A stretch of DNA of 64,000 nt from an uncultured virus (IMG/VR IMGVR_UViG_3300037067_011375) (Duplodnaviria > Heunggongvirae > Uroviricota > Caudoviricetes). The notes below the pieces were generated by a model that saw only the letters and a program-made list of their open reading frames with translations, had not been told where the DNA came from and ran no database searches. The translations under genes were made by a program, and so were the position numbers. Location: IMG/VR virus record IMGVR_UViG_3300037067_011375, positions 1-64,000 of that record; one strand, written 5' to 3'. Shown here one piece after another: positions 19,119 to 28,262 of this stretch. Every line of letters starts with the position of its first letter. The first letter of the stretch is position 1.

Positions 19119-22100
19119 AACGACGCCGTGCTATTGACCTGGACGACCTCACGGTTGCACCAGGCCCTACTGCTAGTCCAGAACCTGTTGCCACGCCGGA
19201 CCAGGACTCCTTTGACCAGGATGTCGTCAACGCCTTGCCCACCAAGGTACAGGACGATATTGATTTCGGCGAGGAAATCAGAGACGACTCTGGCCTGCCT
19301 GATCCGGTCGCGATGGTCCGGCAGGCCATCGCGGCTGACCTGGATTCCTCGGTGTTCTCTGGTCAGCAGTTCCCGGAAGCACCGAACTGCGTGGAATGGT
19401 GCCGCGGGCATCAGTGGCTCAACTACGAGACCGATCTGTTCGCCCGGCAGATCCAAGTGCTGGTGAAGTTTTTCGAGGACGCCTGTTATTTCTGCAGCGA
19501 CGTGGAATACATCCACGACGCCCGGGTAGACGACTCACCCGCCAATGCCCTTTCCCACTACAGTTTATTGCAACGTGGTGTCTGCCCCAACTGCAAGCGA
19601 AACCGTACCGAAATCCTTACTGACTGGATCAAGGACCCACGGTATGGCAAGTTTAACAGGTGGGACCCCTGCGTGGAGCCTCGACCGGTTCCGCCCAACG
19701 AGCTGGTTGGCATCTGGGGCCAGCGGTCAGGGAAATCGATCACAACCGCGTCATTCATCTGGACCTACATCCTCCACCGATTGCTCGCGATGCCGAATCC
19801 GTCCAGGTACTACCGACTCGCGACCAACGGGGTCCTGCAGGCTTCGTTTGTTTCGCCGACCCGTGGCCAAGGAAAGGAAAACTTGTGGGATCCTTTCCTG
19901 AACGCTTTTGACGCTTCCCCGTGGTTCAAGCAGGTGGTCCAGTATCTCAAGCAGGAGTCCAAGCGGTTGGGGCTCATGCTGTACCACCGGCAGCAGACCT
20001 TTTTGGTTTTCCCTGGCAAACGTTTGGCTGCACATGTCCAGGCAGCAAACAACGTGACGCTCCGTGGGGCTACGAGAGTATTTTGCCTACCTGGCAACAC
20101 CCTGGTGAACACTGACCATGGGCTGCTTTCGCTACGACAAGGTGACGACCTACTGGACAGCAAGGTTTACTTGGGTGGTCATCTGCATGATGTGGTAGGC
20201 CACACTAAGGTAGGCAAAAAGCAGGTCATGCGGTTGGGGTTGCGGTGGGGCTACTCTTTGGAGTCCACCCCCGAGCATCGCGTGCGTGTGCTGAATCCTG
20301 ACCTTACGGTGGTGTGGAAGCGCGCCGGAGAAATAAATCTCGGTGATTACGTGGCGGTGGCGTTGGGTGCAAAGTTCCCAGATCATCTTCCCCTGACGTA
20401 CGTGCCCAAGCGTGCTCCGAAGCGCATTTTGCGTGCCTACGAGTACATCGACCAGCACAAGGATCTGTTCTACGCCAAGGATTTGCAGGCATACGCGGGT
20501 GTGAAGCATATTTATTCCATAACCAAGAAACTGATGCGACGTGGGGTGATCAGGAAAGAGTTTATTAAGGGCGGGGAAAGAAACTCGGGTTGCCGTTTTA
20601 TGGCGACCGAGACCTTCAACCTAGCGGAACTCAGTCGGGAACTTCTGAATCATAAGTTCAAGGATCGGGATAACGCTGTGTTCCCCAGCGAAATGACCGA
20701 GGACATGGGCTACCTACTGGGGTACTATGTTTCGGAAGGATCTTTTGCCGAGAACGCTATTGAGTTTACGTTCACCAACACAGACATGCAGGTCATGAAC
20801 CATTTCGTGGCATGCTACACTCGCGTGTTCGGGGTTATTCCACGTATCACACAGTTCATGCCGTCCAAGGGCAAGAAAATGGGGTACAAGGCCAGCGTGG
20901 CCTATGCGGTCATTAAAGATTTTCTGCGCTATGTTGGTATGGCCCCCAGTACGGCCCCAACCAAATCTGTGCCGTGGGCTATCTTGCAGGCACCTAGGCG
21001 GGTGGTATTGGCATTTTTGTCCGCTTACATTGAGGGAGATGGTTGTTCCAGCGGTGGCGTCATAAGAATGGCGTCCTGCAGTAAAAAGTTGCTACAGCAA
21101 ATCCAGTTGCTTCTACTGAACTTGAAAATAGTCAGTTCTTTAACAAAAAGCCGAAAGCGTAAACCTGGACGTAGCCGCGAGCACAATGCGCTGTACCAGT
21201 TGGGGTTAAACAAGTTAGCCTCTACTCAACTGGCTAAACATTTGTCTTGCGTGACCAAATGCAAAAACGTGAGCACTGTTTTTTACAATATGCGCCACGA
21301 CGCGTACAAAATACCATTTCTGCACCCATATTTCGGAAACGTTATGTATGGCAAAAGCAGCGTGTACTATTCTGCGTATGTGCGTAGTAGTCTTAATAAG
21401 GTGTCTGAAAATCATGCTTTGCGCTGCCTGGAGATGGAAGACCCTGAACTGTGTGGGCGAGCCAAAGCACTGGTGGACACTGGTGTTGTATGGATTCCAG
21501 TGACCGAGATTAAAAATCTTGGGATTAAGACAGTGTACGACCTTGCTGTGGATAGCGCGGACCATGCGTTTGTTGGTAGTGGCGTTGTGGTCCATAACTC
21601 GGCGTTGGACGAACTCGGTCATTTTTCGTTCGCGAGCAACGGGACCAAGCGGGCGTCGATCCACGACGGCACAGAAGTCTTCACCTCCCTGACCAACTCG
21701 CTCCGGACCATCAGGTCGGCGGCGGAAAGTCGCCGGGATCAACTCGGCGATTACCATGCCCTCGATGGCTACATGGTGAACGTGTCGAGCCCGTTGGACA
21801 TCGGGGATCCGATTGAGCAGCGGGCTGCCATTGCCGATAAGTCGTTCCGGATGTACTTCACTAGGTACCCGACCTGGGAAGTTAACCCCAAGGAAAATGA
21901 AAACCTGATCCGTGAGGAATTCGCTGGTTCCCCCGTGACGTTTACGCGAGACTTTGGTGCGCAACCACAGCGGGCCGCCAACCCATTTATCCAGGATGAG
22001 AAAATCGTTGATGTCACCACGGTGGAAAAGTCACCTCACGTTTTTGACGTGACCCTCTTGACGGAACCGACCGAGACAGATGTGGCACTCCTGCGGGCCA

Positions 22101-22849
22101 AACTGACCAGGATCGTCAACGACAAGTCAATGCCCCGTTGTATCACGGTGGACAACGGAGAGCGGAACAACAGTTTCGCCCTGTGTGTCTCGCGCTATTA
22201 CCCCGAACAGGACGGCATGCTGGTCGAAGAACTCGTGGAGTTGGCCCCGACTAAAACGGCATCGGTTGACCTGGCCTGGTGTTATAACGAACTGGTGGTC
22301 CCGCTGGTTAAGCAACTTCACTGCGTCCATGTCGCGTACGACCGCTGGGAATCTGGCTACGCCGTCGCGGACCTCCGGACCAACTACAAGATCGACGCCC
22401 AACGGTACAGTCTCAAGTGGAAAGACTTTGAGATGTTCCGCGACGACCTTTGTGGCATGCGGGTTTTCATGGCCAAGCCGGAGGTTCCGTGGAAACAGGT
22501 CTTGACGGTCCCGTTGGCCGACAGAGCCCAGTGGCCCAGGGCCCATGCCCAAGCTCAACTCCTGACCGTGAGCGAACGAGCTAAGACGCTGTCAAAACCT
22601 ACCAACGGCAATGACGACCTGTTCCGTACGGTCGTGCTGGCCCACCATTTCATTTCCAAGTACCGCGAAGCCTACCGACACAACCAGCGGGTCGAGGGCA
22701 ACAGGGCTGCTGACCGTCCCGTTGCCCTGTTCTTCGGTCGGTCAAGCCACGGGAGCGGGGCTGGTGGTGCTGGGCAACGTGGTCGTGGTCCTGGTGGTAG
22801 AAATCGCGGGCGCGGTCAGGGTGCCCCCATGGGCCCCGGGGCCCTATAA
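19115..22849 (+). CDS. terL: terminase large subunit containing an intein
   Basis: Walker A GQRSGKS; LRG..; Walker B SALDE restored after splicing; coupling motif VSSP; RNase H-like nuclease TVDNG...YDRW...NDDL; next to the portal. Confidence 0.85.
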   Translation: MKRRRAIDLDDLTVAPGPTASPEPVATPDQDSFDQDVVNALPTKVQDDIDFGEEIRDDSGLPDPVAMVRQAIAADLDSSVFSGQQFPEAPNCVEWCRGHQWLNYETDLFARQIQVLVKFFEDACYFCSDVEYIHDARVDDSPANALSHYSLLQRGVCPNCKRNRTEILTDWIKDPRYGKFNRWDPCVEPRPVPPNELVGIWGQRSGKSITTASFIWTYILHRLLAMPNPSRYYRLATNGVLQASFVSPTRGQGKENLWDPFLNAFDASPWFKQVVQYLKQESKRLGLMLYHRQQTFLVFPGKRLAAHVQAANNVTLRGATRVFCLPGNTLVNTDHGLLSLRQGDDLLDSKVYLGGHLHDVVGHTKVGKKQVMRLGLRWGYSLESTPEHRVRVLNPDLTVVWKRAGEINLGDYVAVALGAKFPDHLPLTYVPKRAPKRILRAYEYIDQHKDLFYAKDLQAYAGVKHIYSITKKLMRRGVIRKEFIKGGERNSGCRFMATETFNLAELSRELLNHKFKDRDNAVFPSEMTEDMGYLLGYYVSEGSFAENAIEFTFTNTDMQVMNHFVACYTRVFGVIPRITQFMPSKGKKMGYKASVAYAVIKDFLRYVGMAPSTAPTKSVPWAILQAPRRVVLAFLSAYIEGDGCSSGGVIRMASCSKKLLQQIQLLLLNLKIVSSLTKSRKRKPGRSREHNALYQLGLNKLASTQLAKHLSCVTKCKNVSTVFYNMRHDAYKIPFLHPYFGNVMYGKSSVYYSAYVRSSLNKVSENHALRCLEMEDPELCGRAKALVDTGVVWIPVTEIKNLGIKTVYDLAVDSADHAFVGSGVVVHNSALDELGHFSFASNGTKRASIHDGTEVFTSLTNSLRTIRSAAESRRDQLGDYHALDGYMVNVSSPLDIGDPIEQRAAIADKSFRMYFTRYPTWEVNPKENENLIREEFAGSPVTFTRDFGAQPQRAANPFIQDEKIVDVTTVEKSPHVFDVTLLTEPTETDVALLRAKLTRIVNDKSMPRCITVDNGERNNSFALCVSRYYPEQDGMLVEELVELAPTKTASVDLAWCYNELVVPLVKQLHCVHVAYDRWESGYAVADLRTNYKIDAQRYSLKWKDFEMFRDDLCGMRVFMAKPEVPWKQVLTVPLADRAQWPRAHAQAQLLTVSERAKTLSKPTNGNDDLFRTVVLAHHFISKYREAYRHNQRVEGNRAADRPVALFFGRSSHGSGAGGAGQRGRGPGGRNRGRGQGAPMGPGAL
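20084..21598 (+). mobile_element. intein (505 aa) with LAGLIDADG homing endonuclease
   Basis: Starts CLPGNT, block B TPEH, LLGYYVSEG and FLSAYIEGDG motifs, ends VYDL...VVHN|S; AT-richer than the exteins. Confidence 0.93.
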
Positions 22850-22861
22850 GGAAGATCAAAA

Positions 22862-23242
22862 ATGTCTATTTATGACGACGTTCGTGCCGCTGCCGAGAAG
22901 TCTGGTGTGCAACTTGATCAAGGTGGAGTCTACCGGGTGGCCGGAACCCTCCGGACCGCCTACGGGGAAACCGCCACGTTCGACACCATCATGCAGGAAG
23001 TCCTCAATGCAGCCAACCGGGCCAAGCAGCAGCCCGTAGCCCCGGTCCAGCAGGTCCAGAGCGACGTGGTGGTTCAGGTGCCCCAGGGGGCCGAAGACGG
23101 CAGCCAGATTGCCTACAGCAACCTGGACACCGCGCTGGCCCGGGGGATTTGTCCGCGGTGCAGCAAGGCCCTCAAGAACGTCAAGCTCGCGGACTACACG
23201 GAAGCCCGGCATTGCGTGGATTGTCGCATTACCCTTTGGTAG
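22862..23242 (+). CDS. hypothetical protein with C-terminal Zn finger
   Basis: CPRC...CVDC. Confidence 0.6.
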   Translation: MSIYDDVRAAAEKSGVQLDQGGVYRVAGTLRTAYGETATFDTIMQEVLNAANRAKQQPVAPVQQVQSDVVVQVPQGAEDGSQIAYSNLDTALARGICPRCSKALKNVKLADYTEARHCVDCRITLW

Positions 23243-23289
23243 ACCAGTCCTGACTTGTAAAATACCACAGGAATACTTAGAGGTGGCAA

Positions 23290-25563
23290 GTGTTTAGACC
23301 GCCCAGATATGACTACACCACGGGGCTATACCGATTCCCGCAACAGCGGAAGGTCGGGGTGTACAAGCAGCCCCCGAGGGTGCCGGCGGCTCTGCGCCGT
23401 GCCTCCATGGATCCGTACTCAGGGATCTCTGGTTCATTGGGTGGAAACCGCCAGGTCTACACCCCGATGTACGAGAGAGCCGAAGCCCCCACATTGGTAG
23501 AGGATTTCCTCCCGACCGACATCAAGACCCAGAACAAGATCTTCCGCAACATCCTCCAGTACGACGCGATCGCAGGGCCCGCCACGGAATATTGGTGTAG
23601 CATGGCGTTCTCCCGGAACGTCATCCTGAGCGACATTGACGACCCGACCGTCATGCACCTCTACGAGGATGCCACGACGGCCTGCGGGATTATTCCTGAG
23701 TTTCCGTTGCTGCTCCATGACTACCTGACGATCGGGCGGTTTGTCTTTTTCATGCAACCGGACAAGCGCCTGGGCTACTGGGTGGACCACAAGGTCCTGG
23801 ACCCCGATTTCGTCCGGATCAAGGTGCCGCCGTTCCGGTCCATGGCCCCGATGATCGACTGGCAGCCCAGTAGTGACGAGCGCGACTGGGCCCTGTCGGA
23901 CGACCCCCGGGCCATGGAACAGCGGGCCACGACCGACCCGATGGTTTTGCGCGCTATGATCGCGGGGGAATCGGTTCCGCTGGACCACGAGGACACGGTT
24001 TTCCTTCCTCGCCAGCAGCACGCGACCGACCAGTACGGCACCAGTTATCTGTGCCGGATCCTTCCGTTCAAGATCTACGAGAAGGCCATCATGGACGCCA
24101 GCATCGCGGGGGCCAGGCGCCGCGCTGGTCCCGTGTGGCTTGCGACAGTTCCCGAGGACTACACGGCCGGCGAAATCTCCGAGATTATTGACCAGATGTT
24201 TGCCGCGGAAGACGACCCCGTGGGCGGCAAGCTCGCGTTCCGCAATGGCGTGACCCTCACGGAAGTGGGGTCCAAGGATTCCGTTGTGAACATCCGGGAC
24301 GACTGGGACTTCCTCACGCAAGCGAAGATGCGGGCCCTTGGACTTAGTGAAAATATATTGACAGGTGAAACTAACTTCAATACCATGGATAAGATCCTGT
24401 CGGCGTTCCTGGAGAAACTCCGGGCGGTCCGGGAGTTGTTCACCCGCCGGATCCTGACCGACAAGATCTACAAGACCTTGGCGAAACGCCACAAGTTCAT
24501 CAAGCGGACCCAGGCAGAACTGAGCCACCGGATCCGCATTTCCGGCAAGCACCACGACGAGTCCAACCTGTTGCTCCCAACGGTCGAGTGGGACCGCCCG
24601 CTCGAGCCCACGGCCGACCGGGACTACTGGGACATGCTGGTGCAGCTCGAGGAGAAGGGCATCCCGGTCCAGATCCGAAAATGGGCTCAAGCGGCCGGCT
24701 ACGACTTCAAGGCTTTACTTCAGAACCAGAAGTCCGAGTTGAGCGACCGCGCCCAGATCTACGGGTTGCGCCAGGCTTTGGACAAGCAGCGGAAGCAATA
24801 TGGGTTTGACGAGGAAGGTGGCATCGGTGGTGGTGGGGCTGGATTCGGTGGTGAGGCTCCTGGCGGCCTGGACCTCGGTGGCCCGGAAACAGGTGGCCTT
24901 GGTGAACCCGGGGGTGCTGGTGGCGGCTTGGACCTCGGGGCAGAACCTCTGGGTGGTGGCGGGGCCGGTGGCACCCCTGCGGAGCCCACGGCTGCACCAG
25001 CGGCGTCCGAGACCACGGCACCGCCCCCAGGCGGGCCCGCTGGTGCCGGGGCATCCCTGCTGAACCCTCGGTTCCAGGTGGTGGGGCCGCCCCAGCGGTA
25101 TCGTCGGGCTTCGGTTTATTCAGCCAAGCCGTACGATCTGGAAATCGAAATCTCCAAGATCCCGATCTGGGAGAATGACATGACGGTCGCGTCGCTGCCC
25201 CGTAGACGCGTCGCCCAAATGGTCGAGGATCTGGTTCATCAGGACCCCAACGACCGGCAAGGCCGCGAGTTCTACGCGACGATGAAACGGCGCCATGGAT
25301 TCACGAACCTCCAGGCCGACGTGATCCAGTATTGTGCGGCTCGCGTCGGGGTTGTCCAAGCCCCTACCATGGCCGAGGAATCCGTGGATTTCCTCCAGCG
25401 GGTCCTGGCTGCTCAGGCCGAAAAGGGCCTGACCCCTGCGGTGGATCGAGAACTGGATTTCCTGGGCCACGTGGCCCATCGGGAATCCCAGGACATCGGG
25501 TTCAAGAACATGACCAGCAGGGCTGTCCCGGCCGACAAGTTGCTCACTGGCCTGACCGAATAA
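23290..25563 (+). CDS. portal protein
   Basis: Size and position after terL; portal-like segments (YGTSYL.RIL, RALGL...IL.GE); Gly/Pro/acidic C-terminal linker. Confidence 0.7.
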   Translation: MFRPPRYDYTTGLYRFPQQRKVGVYKQPPRVPAALRRASMDPYSGISGSLGGNRQVYTPMYERAEAPTLVEDFLPTDIKTQNKIFRNILQYDAIAGPATEYWCSMAFSRNVILSDIDDPTVMHLYEDATTACGIIPEFPLLLHDYLTIGRFVFFMQPDKRLGYWVDHKVLDPDFVRIKVPPFRSMAPMIDWQPSSDERDWALSDDPRAMEQRATTDPMVLRAMIAGESVPLDHEDTVFLPRQQHATDQYGTSYLCRILPFKIYEKAIMDASIAGARRRAGPVWLATVPEDYTAGEISEIIDQMFAAEDDPVGGKLAFRNGVTLTEVGSKDSVVNIRDDWDFLTQAKMRALGLSENILTGETNFNTMDKILSAFLEKLRAVRELFTRRILTDKIYKTLAKRHKFIKRTQAELSHRIRISGKHHDESNLLLPTVEWDRPLEPTADRDYWDMLVQLEEKGIPVQIRKWAQAAGYDFKALLQNQKSELSDRAQIYGLRQALDKQRKQYGFDEEGGIGGGGAGFGGEAPGGLDLGGPETGGLGEPGGAGGGLDLGAEPLGGGGAGGTPAEPTAAPAASETTAPPPGGPAGAGASLLNPRFQVVGPPQRYRRASVYSAKPYDLEIEISKIPIWENDMTVASLPRRRVAQMVEDLVHQDPNDRQGREFYATMKRRHGFTNLQADVIQYCAARVGVVQAPTMAEESVDFLQRVLAAQAEKGLTPAVDRELDFLGHVAHRESQDIGFKNMTSRAVPADKLLTGLTE

Positions 25564-25572
25564 CGAAATGGC

Positions 25573-25601
25573 TTGACTGCTGAACCCCCTTGGGGTACAA
25601 A
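25573..25601 (+). promoter_or_regulatory. sigma70-type promoter inside the head cluster
   Basis: TTGACT-N17-TACAAA, directly after the portal stop codon. Confidence 0.45.
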
Positions 25602-25613
25602 TGTATGGAGGCC

Positions 25614-25811
25614 ATGATGCCACGTAAAATCCGCAAAGTCGCTGTGCAACATCAAGAAGAGCGACCATCCGGTCTGGACCTCTGGGATCCTGACCTGTCG
25701 TTGGCCGACAACATCGTGCTGAACGACCGTGCCGCGACCCCCAAGGACCAGTACATCGACGACGTTGACGCGATGGTTCGTCGTCTGCTTCCTGATTTCC
25801 AGACCCCGTAG
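25614..25811 (+). CDS. small protein, possible antitoxin for the downstream RelE domain
   Basis: RBS GGAGG; 65 aa with acidic C-terminal half; directly upstream of RelE. Confidence 0.4.
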   Translation: MMPRKIRKVAVQHQEERPSGLDLWDPDLSLADNIVLNDRAATPKDQYIDDVDAMVRRLLPDFQTP

Positions 25812-25835
25812 TCCTGCCCCCTTCAATATTTTGTC

Positions 25836-28262
25836 GTGTCGGAGTACCGTGTAATGCCCACGCCGCAGCGTCGCAGACATTCGGCCACCCTGTACAAGCT
25901 GGTTCGCCATCCTGAGTTTGAGCACGATTTGCAGAAAATCGGGCACAATAGCGTGTTGACCAAAATGGTGGTCACGTTTATGCAACTGCAGGACGACCCA
26001 CGTCCCATGGGGTACATTCAGTTGCGTGGCTTCCGTCAAGTCTGGTACAGGGTGGTCGTGGGGGATTACCGGCTCGTGTATCAAGTGGACGACACCGCCC
26101 ACACGGTGTACTTGGCGCTTGCGGTGGACCGAAAGCAGGTGTACCCACAATTGAAGCGGCGCATCAAAAACGCCATGCTGCAGTACCGAGGACACCGGTA
26201 CCGTGTCGCCCAGGTGGAGCGTCGGGCTGCCAAGATCGTGATGTACCACGGGACCTCTTCGGCCCATTTGCCATCGATCCTGAAGCATGGGCTCAGGGCT
26301 GATCCCGGCCACCGTCGGTTCACCCTGGACAGTAAAAATTTCGACCCCGAGCACGCAACTTACGGGGGCGCCTATCTGACCCCATGGATCCGGGAAGCCC
26401 AGAAGTTTGCTTCTGACGCAGTCGACGACCAAACTGGTGCGGACCCACTGCTTTGCGTTGTCCAGGTGGAAACCAGGGCCGAGATGATTGTGCCTGACGA
26501 GGACCATTTTATCTCGCTGACCGACCCATTCGTTTTGGAAATCCAGTGGGCCCTTGGACCCGACGCCACCATGCTGGATCTGCTCGTGGCGGTTCGAGAC
26601 GGCACTGTAGACCTGGCTGATTGGGTAGCCCCGTGGATCGCAGCGCTGAAGAGTGATGAGGGTACCCGCAACATCGTGGTGGATCCTGAAGTATTATTGC
26701 GTCACAAAACTGAGATGGTCGGGTTGCTCGTCCTGATGGTGCAGTACCGGGTGGCCCAGTGGCCCACCCAAGATCCTGCTCGGCAGAAAATCCGTGCTGA
26801 CCTGGGGGTACCGGATAAGGCCACGGCCCGTCAGCAGTTTGTTGAGGCGTTGGACCGTTTTTCCCGAAAAATCCAGAGGCTCACGGACCCCCAAGGGGCC
26901 AAGAGCAAAAGCGTCAGGTCACTCCAGGATATTGGATTCCGCGGGGCCAACCGGATCCTTGGGATTTTGAAGTACAGGCTGGACTGGGATACCCTGGCTG
27001 GCGTCGTGGTCATGGGGGAACAGAATCCCAACGTCTTGGCCGCCGTCAAGGCCCTGTACCCGACCAAACCCTCGATCCAGTGGCAGGACCGCACAGGACA
27101 GGTCATTTTCCAGAAGCCCGCGGCCAAGGCTGCGGCCCGCCTGGCCTACCCTGTTGCTGCCCCCAACTGGGCAATGGAAAAACGTCGTATCACCGCAGCG
27201 ATCCAGCGGCTCCGTGGAGTCGTCGAGGCTTGTGCTCCGTTGTTGCGAGATAGCCCCCAGGCAGAAAACATCCGTGATTATCTGGGAAACAACGCGACCG
27301 TACACGCCGAGCAAATCGCCGGGGTCCTGGGCTATTTGGAGAAGCCTACCCGCGGGCTGCTGGAGCGACTGGACCTCGGGGGTACTTTCCACCAGATCCA
27401 GGACCATTTGGATCTGTACCGCGAAAAAATGGACGTGGTGGACCACGTCGTCCAGGACTACCAAAAAGAGTTGCAGCGTAGTGGTGCCGACGATTACTCT
27501 CAGGAAGACCTGGACCACCGGTACAACTTCACCCAGGACGTTAAACCGATCCTCATGGCCCTGGAGATGGTCCCGGGGATTCTGCAGGATTTTCGTAGAT
27601 TTATCCAGTATGTCGACACTGATGCTCGCTACTTTGACCACGCCAACAAGGTGGCCCCGATGGGCGGTCGCCACGATGTAGTCCCGCCTGGTGTTGCTCC
27701 GGTCGAGATCATGTGGCACGCCACCACGGCGTATCGAGAAATCATGTCCGGTGGATTCAAAACCAAAGATGAACTGGGTGGCAAGGCCGCAGGGTTAGGT
27801 GGTGCGGTGGAAGGCATTAGTTTCACCGGGAGCCAGGAAATCGCCGAGGGGATCGCCGCGGCCCTGGTGGACCTGGTGAGGTTGCTCCGGGGTGACCTGA
27901 CCCGCGAGGCTCTGGAGCAGTACGGGGCATCCTTGGGGCTGGACGCCGCTACGGTCACCACGGCCTACCATAATGCTGTAGGTTCCAAAGACAACCAGAA
28001 TCCACTGGATGCGTTCAACTTCTACCAGGCGTTTCAACACATCTTGAGCCAGGCTGGGTATCAAGGACTTCGGTACGACCCGCTATTTTTCGGGATTGAC
28101 CCAGCGGTCATGGCTCAGGTGGATCCCAAGAACATCGGGGTCATTGAAGCCAAGATTGACACGACCCAGGCCCATCGGTATCTCCGGTCCATGGAGGAAT
28201 GGCGGGTGCCGAAATCCGCCATCCTGTCATTCGGGCCCGTGGGCTCCCAGGTGCAACCGTGA
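25836..28262 (+). CDS. multidomain protein: RelE/ParE domain plus two ADP-ribosyltransferase-like domains
   Basis: RelE: DPRPMG...YRVVVGDYRLVYQVDD...DRKQVY. ART-like 1: MYHGT...ILKHGL...GAYLT. ART-like 2: MWHATT...GF...ISFT...EEWRV. Confidence 0.7.
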   Translation: MSEYRVMPTPQRRRHSATLYKLVRHPEFEHDLQKIGHNSVLTKMVVTFMQLQDDPRPMGYIQLRGFRQVWYRVVVGDYRLVYQVDDTAHTVYLALAVDRKQVYPQLKRRIKNAMLQYRGHRYRVAQVERRAAKIVMYHGTSSAHLPSILKHGLRADPGHRRFTLDSKNFDPEHATYGGAYLTPWIREAQKFASDAVDDQTGADPLLCVVQVETRAEMIVPDEDHFISLTDPFVLEIQWALGPDATMLDLLVAVRDGTVDLADWVAPWIAALKSDEGTRNIVVDPEVLLRHKTEMVGLLVLMVQYRVAQWPTQDPARQKIRADLGVPDKATARQQFVEALDRFSRKIQRLTDPQGAKSKSVRSLQDIGFRGANRILGILKYRLDWDTLAGVVVMGEQNPNVLAAVKALYPTKPSIQWQDRTGQVIFQKPAAKAAARLAYPVAAPNWAMEKRRITAAIQRLRGVVEACAPLLRDSPQAENIRDYLGNNATVHAEQIAGVLGYLEKPTRGLLERLDLGGTFHQIQDHLDLYREKMDVVDHVVQDYQKELQRSGADDYSQEDLDHRYNFTQDVKPILMALEMVPGILQDFRRFIQYVDTDARYFDHANKVAPMGGRHDVVPPGVAPVEIMWHATTAYREIMSGGFKTKDELGGKAAGLGGAVEGISFTGSQEIAEGIAAALVDLVRLLRGDLTREALEQYGASLGLDAATVTTAYHNAVGSKDNQNPLDAFNFYQAFQHILSQAGYQGLRYDPLFFGIDPAVMAQVDPKNIGVIEAKIDTTQAHRYLRSMEEWRVPKSAILSFGPVGSQVQP

